Origin: Mytilus trossulus
Taxonomy: Eukaryota
NCBI RefSeq assembly: GCF_036588685.1
Contig: NC_086375.1
Span: 58,342,001-58,406,000, forward strand
Length of the DNA stretch: 64,000 nucleotides
Direction of reading: 5' to 3'
Shown: positions 1-13,194 of the stretch, piece after piece
Numbering within the stretch: position 1 is the first letter of the stretch
How the letters are laid out: every line of letters begins with the position of its first letter
Made by a program: the position numbers and the translations under genes
The notes under the pieces: model-generated
The model's input: the letters and a program-made list of their open reading frames with translations, nothing else
The model's database searches: none
Told to the model about the DNA's origin: nothing

Positions 1-354
1 ATGAATAAGTTTATGTCAGTCATTAAAGCTTATACAATGACTAACTTAATGCAAGTCGTGACTGTAAACAATTTATATACATTTCTCACAAAAAAAATTA
101 TAGTTTTATAGATACAATGTAAACTGATTGTAATAGAATGGCATAATGTGAATCAAATATCTGATATCTATCTATCTATCTTGATCTTCTGCGCCATGTT
201 GTTTATGAATACTTGGAATGTAATAGGGCTGATCTTTGGTCTAATTAATAATATCACACAAAACTACATCTAAAACTGTTCAGTAGTTATATAATTACAA
301 CCTTCTTGATGGTTCATCAACTTATTATGATCTTGTTTGTTTGACTAGATATTC

Positions 355-449
355 ACAACATAGTCATCAGCAATGTCACGATGGAAACAGCTCTAGTATA
401 CAACATAGTCATCAGCAATGTCACGATGGAAACAGCTCTAGTATACAAC
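355..449. repeat. Exact 45-bp tandem duplication spanning the FIBP stop codon
   Basis: acaacatagtcatcagcaatgtcacgatggaaacagctctagtat at 355-399 and 400-444. Confidence 0.95.
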
Positions 450-3400
450 TGCTCATAGTATTCATGTATCTGTCCCATACAACTTGTAATAATGGTTGAT
501 ATCTAGAAAAGAAAGAAAACCTCAAAATAAACAAGAAATCATACACCAATACTCATGTTCAGCAAAAAATATGGATCATTTACAGAAGTTTTAGGTAAAA
601 TCGTTAGAAAATATACAGACACCTATTAAGTAATCTTGACTGTTCTATTATCCAGATATTTTTTTTAATTTATCAACGTATAAACATATATTTCTTTGAT
701 TGCAATTACTAAAAATAATAATATTAAAGCATATGTGAAGCAATTTCAATCATGTAGGGATATATACTGTCAAGATTTATGAATACAGATGACTTTCAAT
801 ATTATTTTATTCAAATAACCGTTGTTGCATTTTATGGGATTGTGGTATTTTTTTCTGTTCTAAACCTTGGTTCTATAATAGTTTTTAAAACCTCTTTAAA
901 GGAATTTATTTGGGGAATAAACTGGAACAAGTGACACACACACATTTTATGATAAGTTTGATACGTTTGTGACTGACTTGGTCCAGTTATACCCCCAATA
1001 AATTTCTTTAAAAAGGTGTTTAGTCCTTATAATTCTTTAAAATTATCATACATGAATTGTATTTTTGTGTCAATGACCTGGCCTGGCACATGACTATATG
1101 TTTTGGTTGAAGCATGTGCTCTGTGGAATTTAATATCAAATGAAAAATGATCTACAAAAATATCTTATCATTATTTAAATGAATGTTCATTATTTAAATG
1201 AATGTTTTGTGTGTATCATTTAATTTAAAGATAAACCTGAGGTGAAAAAAACATATTTTTAATGTCAAGCAGGTTTGAGTTAATATTATCACTGCCAACT
1301 TGTTTACACTGGATACAAAATATAGTTCCATCAACTACTTCTAACACAAAATAAATTACTTCAAAAGACACTACCAGAAGACCTTTTTACCAATCAAATA
1401 AGTGTGTTCCCTAATATGCAAATATAAATAAGAATCATGAACATTTACACAAAACTTAATCCAAAATCAGAAGTAATTCAATTATGAACTAATGTGTGAT
1501 CCTATCTAAAATGTTTAAACCTACTTCATGTATTCCATATCTTTAGCTGTAGCTTGGTAAGCAGTAACAAAACTTTGCAGATCTTCTCTACTCCATCTGG
1601 CTTGTTGACAAGGTTCCACAATCTAGAATATATACAGATTATTCAACTATTACTGGCTAGAAATAATAATGCTGTAATATACAGTCTTCCACTGCATCAA
1701 GTGTGAAACAATATGTCTCCACATAAGACAGTTAAATTTTCAAATTTTAAACTCAAGGCTTGTCTATCGTTTTAATCTCTTTTAAACTAAGTCGAGTGTA
1801 TGAATATCATAATGCATAAGATTTGTTTATCTACTGAATTTTATACCATATGTTGACAAGCTTTTACACTGATCTTCACATCTTATGTATAAAGTTTTAA
1901 CGATTTGTGCAACAATACTATTAAAAGATGGTAATATACGAAGATGATGTTATAAAATCTTGTTCAAAAGTTAAAATTATTGACACTGACAGAGGCTATT
2001 TGTTCTGCTAAATTGAAATATTTGTCAACAAGATTTTATAACTTCATCTTCTTATATTACCATCTTATATCAAAACCATTGCACAAATATTTAGACTTTT
2101 ATAATGTTTCCCTTCTATACACAGTTCTATCTATTTTAGACAATCGGTTACATATTAGATTTGCTGATTGGTCCTTTTTATAGACTTCTATGAATATAAT
2201 ATATATATATAATTAAAACTTTTGCAATATCCTTTTGGAAGGCATGTGCCATACAAGGTGATTACATTTTTGTCCATTTGTCTCTGTTGAATAGTTTTCA
2301 CATTGGCAGTTATGCCACATGTCCTTATTCTATTTTTGTTAAACATAGTTTTACATAATTGACCAGTCTGACACTTTCACAACATATATGTGTGGTATCA
2401 GATAAGTTTTTGGTAAAAAAGCATTATCAATATTGTGTTATTACAGTGTGCATACAAGTGAAACATTTAAGACAATGCGTTGAGCAAAGTGGTCCTGCAT
2501 TTGTTTATAAATTCCTTTCACTTTCTATTATACTCATAATTTCTTTATAATAAATAAAATAATACAGCAAATTAATTAATATGTTTACTATTTTCAATGA
2601 TCAACTACAACTTATTTTCTAAAATTTTACACACTTTATTGTAAAGTACAGGGCAGAGGGTTCTATGAAGGGACTCAGATTAGCAATGATATTAATGCTT
2701 TCTTTTAATAACTTACCTTTTCATATATGTCAATAAAGATGTCCCTAACTTCTCTGCTGTGATTCAATCCCATTGCGATGTTTATTATGGACTTTGATAT
2801 ATTCTGAAGAAAAAAAATTTTTTGTTAATAGGCTTATAAGCGAGTACAGCTTTGTATGCCCCAGCTCCTGAAAGTTGGGGGCATATTGTTTCACCTCTGT
2901 CTGTCTGTCTGTATGTCCATCCTTCCATCCCATTATGGGTATGAAGCTATTTGAGATCACTCCCCCTACAGTATGAATGCTAGGAAGTTTTCACTTTGCT
3001 GGCTGTGTGTACATATGTTAAATGTGTACATGTGGTTAGTGTTTCCATTTTTGTTAATATTAACTTTTTTGGGAGATAGTTAAAATTTGTTATTTTTTGG
3101 GAGTATTTACTTGCAGAAGAAGTGCATACAGTTTCCAGATACCTCCTCCTATAGATAACCAGACTTTATGCACTCCAATGCTAAACTTTAGGTATTTAAA
3201 AAAAAATAACTTTGCATCTGCTTGAGGGTATCATATGTATCGCTCAGACATAATAATATCTCTAGAAAGTTCTACAATGACTTTGTTATAATACAGTACA
3301 GTTACTCCGAGTGCAGGAATTTCATGTTGCATTGCAGACCTGTTGGTGACCTTCTGCTGTTGTCTGTTCTTTGGTCAGATTGTTGTCTCTTTGACACATT

Positions 3401-6400
3401 CCCCATTTCCATTCTCAATTTTATACAAGTTTCATAGTGGAGAGCAAGGGGATCACTTTGTCCAGTTTTCTAATGTTATAAGTCCCATTAAGCAAAATGT
3501 TATTAACATTTAAGGAATGACTGTATTATATTTTCTGTCTATGAAGAAATAGCATAAACAATTTGGTGCACACTGAATAACACGTGTAGCAGGTTGATTA
3601 ATAGTGTGCACCACATTTTTTATGTTATTTCAAATAGACAGAGAAATATTACAATCATTTCTTATAATTTTATTCCAAATTCCATTTTAAATCGTAGAAA
3701 ACCATGAAAAAACGTTGATGACGTCACAGTCACATGACTAAATTATGTCTATTAGGTGATTACAAAAAAACGTCAGCCAATCAGAAGACGTGTTACATCC
3801 AAAATTAAATTATTATGATTTAAATCATTTAAAAACATGGTGATGATGCTTTGAACTGATGAAACATAAAAATTTGAATCTACCTGAATATTTTAATAAA
3901 CCATACCAATCAATTTACTTTTTTTAATAACATTGTGTTTTTCTTGTTGTGTCGTTTTCTAGCAATTTTTAATTATGTAATAGTGTCATTTTCTGTTCCA
4001 AACCTCAATGGAACCTCAATGGAATACTGTTTTAGATATTGATCGAAATTATGCCCACAATTCCTCTACCCCACCAGTGATTTATAATAACTTTTGAAAA
4101 GTCTTATTATTCATATATTTCACAAATATTTCAAAGTGGTATTTACGGATAGCTTACAGAATACTCTTTCAAATAAATGCAATGTTAGTATTATACAACA
4201 ATTGTGTATTCAATTATCATGTTAACTATGTCTACTAAATTTTACAAGAAATTTCTACTTTTAATTGAAATTAGCTTCTTCATGGTTTCTTTGAGAGGGT
4301 TGATTTTATTATATGTTGTTCCTACTTAAAAATGCATATAAATAAAAAAAAATATGGCATTCATTTTAAAGATTAATCTTTTATCTATCTATATACACTA
4401 CTTTTATTAATTTATATGCATTTTTAAGAAAGTAACTGCATTTTAAAGGTTGGAGATTTGAAGTAAAAAAATCTTTGTATAGTGCTACCTATTAAATAAT
4501 TGAGTTGGATCACCAAGTTCTCACCTTAAAGTTATCTTCCAGATCTTGCAACGCCCTCCTTGAAATACTAGACCTCAGTGCTTGCAGAACAAAACTATAA
4601 ATAAAGAGTATCCATTCAATCTATGTTATAGGTTTAATAGAACAGTGTTATTTTTCACTTATACATTTTAATTTTTAATTCAGGATTCAAATAAATGTGT
4701 GATTTATTAATAAAACATCAGTGCCCCTAAAATATTGAAATCAGTTGAGGCAACCTTGAATTATCATATAACATGGAAGTGTAGACTGACAGATGGAGTA
4801 TATAATAAATAAAATGCAATACAGACTAGTTTGCAAGTTACTATTAATTATTGCCAATTATTACCAATTTGTTAAAATAAAGACAAAAAACATTTAACAC
4901 ATAACATATGGAATACATGTATTATCCCATCTATGGAGATTAAAGTATTAAACAAATCTTAATATTTTTAAGGGCTTCAACCTTCTGTGTTCTTCTATGC
5001 TTTCTTTTTCAAGTAAAGGCTTTAAATCTCTAAGATCCTGTAGAAATTTACGATCTAAATCTACATCCATATCTCGATGGCTTTTACATTCTAAAATACA
5101 AATAAGGCAGCAAATATCAGTTCAGTTATTCATATATATTTGTATTGTTCATACATTTTAGAATGCATAAAATTTTACATTGCTAAATTATCAGGATTAT
5201 TACAAGATTCTTTAAAGGATGGACAAAACAGCTAGTTGATTAATTGTTGCCATGTCAAGCAATACGCAGTTACATTATTCATAATAACAAAAACCTTGCA
5301 ATAATTTCTGAATTTACAGTGGTAAAAAAAAATTATCTTTTCAAATTAAACCACAATATAAGCAGTGAGATATTAAGGTAGTGGTAAATATGGACACTAT
5401 AGTATGATCTACATCTCTTACCATCAGCACTATATGACCAGTTTGTTATCATCTGATTTGCACATTTTATAAATGTAAGTAAAGAGTATTGGCTTAGTTT
5501 CTTCTTTCCAGTTTCAAATCTGTTGTTGGCAATAAATACTAAAGCAGCATACTTTCTGTAACAGCAGAAAATGGAGGTTACATTAAAGAGGGTTGTAAAG
5601 AATTGTTTTCTTGCAAAGTGTTTTGCCATTTTTATTTCACGTGCAGTTATGAAAAAGGTTTGCTATTCACTGTGTTTCGTGAAATCAGTAAAAAGATCAA
5701 CGGGCAAGGCATTTTTAATTGTTCGTTCATCCTGAAATGGCAATATTATTTCGTGTTCTTCCATGCAGATACCCCCCTTTTCGCTCCTCATTAAATATAG
5801 CTTTGTCTGATAGAACTAAGTCTGGTCCCAAAATCCAGGCTTGTATTTTCAGGGCTTTTTTTAAATGTCAAAATTTCATAGTTTCTTTGTCCCATTTCCC
5901 AAAAAGCAAATCAAATCAAATCAATACATACTGGCTGCTCTGGGTATTTATCGGTAATTTGTATATTTACCCTTTGATCTTACTGCCTAATATTTTCAAG
6001 TATCAACGTACTGGCTGTATCACTGAAAATATTAGGCAATACATTGTGTGACGTCATAACATTGTGTGACGTCATAATTACCGATAAACAGAATAATAGG
6101 TAGTTTCATTTTTGATACTGACTATATCATGTTGAATATCTCAACTCGCCCTAATGGGCTCGTCTAGATATTCCACATGATATAGTCAATATCAAAAACT
6201 CAACTACCTATTATTCTATATATATTCATAAAATCAAAAGTACATAAAGTATTAAGTTTGCTGTTTGATGTTAGCCAAGGCTCCATGCTGAAGGTCATAA
6301 TAAGAACTATAATTTCTAAATTTTTTATACATTGCGGCTTGAATGAAGAGTTGTCTCATTGGCACTCATAACACATCTTATTCATATCAACACGACTATC

Positions 6401-9400
6401 AACCATACTCTATATAAACAGCTATATTTATAATGGTATCTAATGTATTACAACAAACAATTACCTTGCTAAATCAGCAGATATCTGGTAATGTGTCTTT
6501 ATATTGTCTACCAAGGATCCCAGCATTTCTTCTACAGTCTTAAAAACTCTTTTCAAATTATCAAACTGAAGTAAGATAGCAAATAATTTTCAAAAAAAGG
6601 CAATATTTGGGATATGTTTGCCTTATAATGGATTGACTGACCAAATCAAATTATTTATAACAGTGACTGAGAAACTCTCTTCAACAATTTTAATTTATGC
6701 CTCCAAGTTTTTGAAGGTGTGTATCATTAGGACAAAACAAGAGAGTCTTGAAAAGGTCTTACTTTAGGTTTACTATTACAAATTATGACTTGGATGGAGA
6801 GTTGTCTCATTGGCACTCATACCACATCTTCTTTTATCTCTTTTATACATTGTAAGGAGAATCAAAGTGTTGTCAGGTCTTTGTAAACAACACGTACATG
6901 TACACAAGATCTGGATTTTTTTCTTAGATTGATACCAAGCAGTAAAACCCTATCTTGATCTCGAGTTTTGTCTAAGATTTTTTTTTTTATATAGAATTGC
7001 TTTATGATATTTTACAAATAAGTATTGTACTTTTTATTTTGAAATGCTGAGAAGAAAAATCTCACTATAAGTTTTAATTTACCTGTCTTCTACATTTTTT
7101 TATACTCCTTCTTGTTTTTTCACTGACATCATCTAAATCTTTCCTATTTCTTCCAGATAGTTTCTTTCCAATAATTTCTCTGATGACAACTTCATCAAAC
7201 TGGTAATACCTTAAACATATAAACAGTTACATAATTAACAAGTGAAACTGCGAGCTACTGCTCACTGATGGTACCCCACTGAGTATAAAGACTTAGGCAA
7301 GGTTTATGATTCACTTAGTTCTTGTTGCATGCAAATGTATGAAGGATGATAGTCTAAGCTATGAACCTGTGACAATATCAACTTTCACAGCAGCTATCCT
7401 TTAATAATACACATCTATCACATCTTTTACAAAATAAAATTTAAAGCAGTCACTCACCCAAGGAAATTAGGCCAAGGACAAAGGACATATTCCCAATAGA
7501 AACTTTAAAGCATAAGGCATCTGTATTATAAATATTCAGTATGAATGTTAGTCTACCTTCTAAAATATACAGCTTATCATCTGCTTATGTAAATAGCCAA
7601 AGCCATTACAAGTTTATTTATGAGGGTCCCTATGTCTTGCATTCTGTGACAAATGAAAACAGAATACCACAAGAATTGCCTATCAAACAAGGGACTAAAC
7701 TAAATGTAGTGCATGACATTTAAAATACTGTTGAAATAAACATATTAAAATGCCAAAAATTTAGTTTATATCATGCTTTGAATACACCAAAAGGGGTCAA
7801 AAGAAGTCTTAAATTGTGCAAAATTGTTAGATTTTCAATAGATTAAAAAAAAAAATTGGGAAGACAATTAAACAATAGATTTTTAAGAAAAAATATGAAA
7901 AAAATTGGTCCTGAAAATGTGATTTCAGAAGATAAAATATTGCCATGTGATTCATTTTCATGCTAAAAAAAATCAAAAAAATCACAACACATTTCCTAAT
8001 AAAAGTTATATTTGTTTCTGAATTACCTCCCCTTACATTGTAAAGTAAAAAAAAATTAATGACTTGAATCAAACAAAATTATTCTGTATTTAAATAAAAA
8101 CAGTCATCAAATATAATCATACATATGGTTCCTCCATTTAAATAAACACATTTCAAATGAATTACATTCCTCTCATTCGATTAAATCTCTTGTTTTCGAT
8201 TATATATATTCCAAGATGGTGAAGGCAACTTAAATCTGAAGGCCAACAATTTTAGAATGACAAGATTGGAAAAGTATCAATATAGAAAAAAAGCTTACTT
8301 TTACAAATCCAAATATAATTTCTGATGTAAATTGATCCAAGAAATGAAGAATATTGTTTTATTTTTTGTCTATTATTTTTTGCATAATCCTAAGGTTTGT
8401 TGTCCTCTTTGAAATATTTCACATTTTGTCAAGTGGCCCTAGCTATGTAAAATTGTATAAGTGTGAAAAAGATATGGTCTAAAATCTAAATATAACCTGT
8501 TTAAAATATACAGAAAATAATTACTTTTCTATAAGAAGTGTTTGTGCTTCTGCATCAATTTGATGAATTTGTTGGTCTGCAAGGTGTGTTGGATTTTTCA
8601 ATATTTTCTCTAGATGATTAAAGAGCCTGTAGTGGTCATGAACCTCACTCACAATGTCCTCAATTGTGACCCAAGGACAATGCTGTAACTCTCCTTTCTG
8701 TAAGACATGAGCAGCATCTACATCTGTAAAAAAAATTCAATTATTTAAAACATAATTTTCTACATTTTTATTTTTTTACAGAAAAGTTGAAAATAGTTAA
8801 ATGACTTTGAAAAACAATACCAAATATGTCTAAAGCAATTATAAATGATAGACGAATGTGTCCGAGGACATGAGGGACCTGCTGAAGGTTGCTTACAATA
8901 CTAAAGTAAGAGTTGGTGAAAAAAAAATCCAATTTATAAAGGAACATAATTCTACAATTCTATAAGTGACTCACTGCCTCAAATTGAACTTTTGTTGCAA
9001 GTTTTGGTACTTATCTTGCTAATGAGGTTTTAAAAATTTGCTTGAGGTTAGAGTGCAGCTGGGGCGTAAATATATCAAAAATAGATTCAATGTTTACTCT
9101 CTCTGAATTTAGTTTCATTTATACTAGAACACACCCGCGAAATCGCGGGCATTCAGAGCGTAGTTTAAAGTATGTAAAGTGTTGTTGGAAGAATTTTGTA
9201 AAATATTGAATGACTGGAGAATTTCAGCAAAAGTATCATAAGTCATAGGTTATGGGGGACATGAAAATGCTTTTTTATGCCTCCTCCTTTATTTCCAATT
9301 TTTCCATTTTTGGTTTTCTATCAATTTCAATATGAACATACATTTAGTATGTTATGAAGTAAGGAGCCCAGAGGCAAATTTAGGGGAGGGGCCCGGGCCC

Positions 9401-11756
9401 CCCCTTTTTGGGAAAAAATTTGGTTGCTTATATAGGGAATCACTGAAGCGTGACTGAAGTGGGCCCCCTCTTAGGTCAGTCAGTGGGCCCCCACTTATGA
9501 AAATTCCTGGATCCGCCACTGGAGCCTGTAATTCAGTGGTTGTTGTTTGATTATGTGTTACATATTTGTTTTTCGTTCATTTTTTGTACATAAATATGGC
9601 CGCTAGTTTTCTGGTTTGAATTGTTTTACATTGTCAGTTCGGGGCCTTTTAAAGCTGAGTATGCTCGTTGTTGAAGCTCGTACGGTAACCTATAGTTGTA
9701 AATATCTGTGTCATATTGGTCTCGTGTGGAGAGTTGTCTCAACATGGCAATCATACCACATCTTCTTTTTTTTGGTAATCAATGAATTTTGTAAAAGATT
9801 TAAAGACTGGATAATTTCAGAAAAGGTATCAAAAAATCACATGCTTATCTGTATATTATGAACACTCATTACTATATAAATATAGTGTATTTACTTTTGT
9901 AACGGAGGGGGTCGGTGACGACACCTTCCGGGACGTGTAGCGGCCAGTACTTTGCCCCTATTCGACCATTGGGATACCTGATATCAGATTATGGCTGAAC
10001 AACAGAGAATGAATCAAACGAAACTATATTTTATTAAAAAATGTACAATAGTTGCATGTATTAAACAAAGTCGGATATAAACAGGAGTCAAAAAACTTCT
10101 TAAACTGAAGTTCAAAAATAGAGTAATTTCAAAGGTAAAATGAAAATGAAGTGTTCCCAGAGTTAGTCTTAAAAGTAGATTAAATTTGCTTCGCGTTGTG
10201 CTTTAATGTAGTGAAATTTGCACCTTAAACTTAACTCTGGCGAACAGCACCGAAATAGTCGCTAACTCTAAACTCAAAAGTGCTTACTCTAAACTCAAAA
10301 AGTGAAATGATACAGTGCGCCGAGTATTTGAAGGCCTGTGCAAGGCCGACTCTGACGGACCGACAAATGATAATGGAAACTTGTCATTAAACAGGGTGAC
10401 TTAAATGTCTTTAACTGAAACGGTACTGAAGAAAAGTTGAATAAATGAATATTCATAAATCATTATAAAAACATCGAAAGTTAAATACTAAAACAGTTAA
10501 ATTAACCATCCTTACTTTTATCTTACTGTTTTTAAATAAAATTAAACTTAAAATAAACATTTGAATACTGAATTATTAATTTGTCCAAATTAAGGGGAAT
10601 TAACCTAGGTACATCAAGGCACATCTATTACACTTTCAATTCTAAGTTTACTAATAGATCCATAGTGGTCATTGGTATAGTATACACACCCTCTCTATTT
10701 TATAAACTCTGTGACTGCCGTGGATAGTAAACTTGAAAATGATAGCAGATAGAATTCTGCAAATACACTTTATTCTTTGTATATGTATGTTCAAAGTATA
10801 CAGAAAAAACGCAAACTGGAAGTCTAATCTGACTTATAATTTCGTTCAATGACGGGACAATATCCGGATGCCTTTTTTCTCGTTTTTCTCCAAAAATAAC
10901 TCAATCTGAATAATCATATGAATGGATAACAAATGGCACTATGCACTGTACCTATAGGACACAGAGGCGTGTTGATCAATTTATTGTGGAAAGAAGAGAA
11001 GCGACACCAAAAATGAGGTCTTCTCGTTTAATAGTATAGATATATATATTGACTTTCATGTTTTTCCTGTCTAGCCTTTATAGCCTTCCATACGGTATGG
11101 GGGTTTCTCATTGTTGAATGATTATCTATAATTGCTTACACCCACTTCATTTGAATTAATGATTGAACTTCCATGAATAGTTGTCTCATTGGCAATTATA
11201 CCACATCTCCTTATTATCTATTCTAATTCTAGACAGCTTGACATACATGTATGTCAGAATGAAGTCTTAAGCTGTGTTTAAAAAATAGGGATGGTTCTAC
11301 AATGACCAAAAACAAATTTTCAACCACTGATTATTTCACTATGCTTTTGTAACATAACTGACTTCTGTTCAGCAGAGAAAATTGTTAAGATATAAGTAAT
11401 GGACATTGACCTATAATCATGATAATGATTTACTTTTTGTGGCTTGGGTTGACATTTGTCTCATCAGCACTCATACTCATGGACATACATCATGTGTAAT
11501 CTAACAATTGTAACATTAGTTCCATAAACTTTGATAATATTAAGCAGCATATATGTAATTATTTATAAGTGGGAAGTAAGTTTTAGAAATGGTCTATATA
11601 TATCGAAAATGTAGTTTTTAATTCTTTTCATTTTTCCTCCCATTTAAAAATATTATCTTTCTATACTCTTTTACCTGATAATCCATTTAGCCATAGATCA
11701 TACAGCTCAAAGTCAATTATGGTGAAGTTTCCAACAAACACATCTAATGTTGCCAT
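421..11756 (-). CDS. FIBP: Acidic fibroblast growth factor intracellular-binding protein (FIBP), 10 coding exons, 362 aa
   Basis: Manually spliced minus-strand exons: 11756-11675, 8723-8525, 7209-7083, 6565-6465, 5555-5422, 5090-4982, 4594-4525, 2803-2717, 1622-1525, 502-421. All introns are GT..AG, phases are consistent and the total is 1089 nt. Translation [27 protein letters not shown]...[28 protein letters not shown]...[14 protein letters not shown]...[14 protein letters not shown]...[18 protein letters not shown] matches recalled FIBP motifs. An acceptor at 11777-11778 implies an upstream 5'UTR exon. Confidence 0.96.
885..1020. repeat. Imperfect foldback / MITE-like inverted repeat in the last FIBP intron
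   Basis: acctctttaaaggaatttatttggggaataaactggaacaagt is mirrored by acttggtccagttatacccccaataaatttctttaaaaaggt. Confidence 0.7.
9369..9521. mobile_element. Small GC-rich MITE nested in the Helitron
   Basis: Imperfect TIRs cagaggcaaattta / ggatccgccactg, flanked by the direct repeat gagcc (9364-9368, 9522-9526). Confidence 0.65.
9898..10632. mobile_element. Solo LTR (735 bp) nested in the Helitron
   Basis: TGTAA...TTACA termini flanked by a 4-bp TSD cttt (9894-9897, 10633-10636). Confidence 0.8.
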
Positions 11757-13194
11757 AACAAAACTTGAAATAAATCCTGAAAAATATGAATGATGTTTTA
11801 AAAATGTAAAATCTATATCTTCACCTGGCCCTAGCTTGTCTGACAAAATATATAGCCATTGGGTGTCAGAGTAATCTCAGCCTACTCAATGTCTTAGATC
11901 ACTACAACTACTCTTAGGTGCTTCACATAATCAAATATATTTCAAAATAAACCATGATATGTTGATTGATTGTTGGTTAGCTTAACATACAGTGGCAAAT
12001 ATTTCATGCATGTTCAGGACTGCATAGATATACTGTTCCCAGCTCCAACATAATAACAGATTGTACTTAAAAAATTATGTTAGACCACTGACTTTTGTGT
12101 TGTGTTTAGATATTTTTAACTGTTTATTTAGAGACATGATAGTCGTATACTTGAGTGACGGGTCAAGTGACAATAGCTTTGCTATGTCGTAGATGGAGAT
12201 GTAATGGAAGTAGCTTCATGACAAATTGAAATAACAGTGAACATGATGCAAAATGACGTTTAGAGGTAATTTTTGGTGATTGATGATAAAATGTAAACTT
12301 TCTTTTGGACAATATTAAAAATCAACTGATTTTGAAGAATGAATTGAAATGTTTTTGATTTGAGTGTTTCGATAATTATTTCAATATTTGAGACCTCTGT
12401 CAAATCACTATAAGGATATTTTGACTTACCATGGTAATATTTTAACCAATTTGACAGTAGATCCGGGGTCTCATTAGGGGAAAACAATAATTTGACTTTA
12501 ACGTGTCACTCTTACAAAAAAACGGCAATCCTGCATCACGCTTATAAAAAAAACCAAAAAAAAACCAATGAGACCTACTAGAACGGTAGCCAAATATGAC
12601 TGATTGATGACCAACTCTTAAGGGAATTACTACCCTCATAAATTATACAAGTCAAAGTCAGTGGCTGATCCAGATTTGTTTATACACATGTATTCAATAT
12701 GAATTGAATTCGATTCCTTACTTGGAAGAAGAAGAAGAAAAGGGGGAGGGCTTCAGTCATGCTTCAGTGATTCCCTCTCTAATCAACCAACCCAAGCCCC
12801 CTGGAACACCCATTCAAGTTTGTCTGGCTGTGAGTATTACAGTCAGTTCATCATAAATACATCATGCATTGAAACTAACACTTTAATAGACTAGTATCAG
12901 ATAAATAGTGACCCACGGCCCCAGCAAAACAGCCGTTGGACGTCAGAGTAATCTCGGACTTATAGTGACAGTGTGAAAGTTCGGATAAAAATCAACAAAT
13001 GGAGATTATCTTCTTCTCTTCTTCTTCTTCTTTAAGGTCAACAAGGCTTCAATACTGAAGAATACATGTTGTTGCGCATGCGTGATTGACAAAAATTTAT
13101 ACAAAATTTATAAAAATATTTTTATAACAATTGGAGTGTTTGTATTTACAGATTGTGATTAAAAAAATATATGTACATGTTTTGTTTGAATTTG

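Larger units (their letters stand above)
9124..11040 (-). mobile_element. Non-autonomous Helitron carrying nested insertions, in the first coding intron of FIBP
   Basis: On the minus strand it starts A|TCTATACTATTAAA at 11040 and ends with the hairpin CCCGCGATTTCGCGGG followed by ...CTAG|T at 9124. These are canonical Helitron termini at an AT target with no TSD. Confidence 0.85.
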
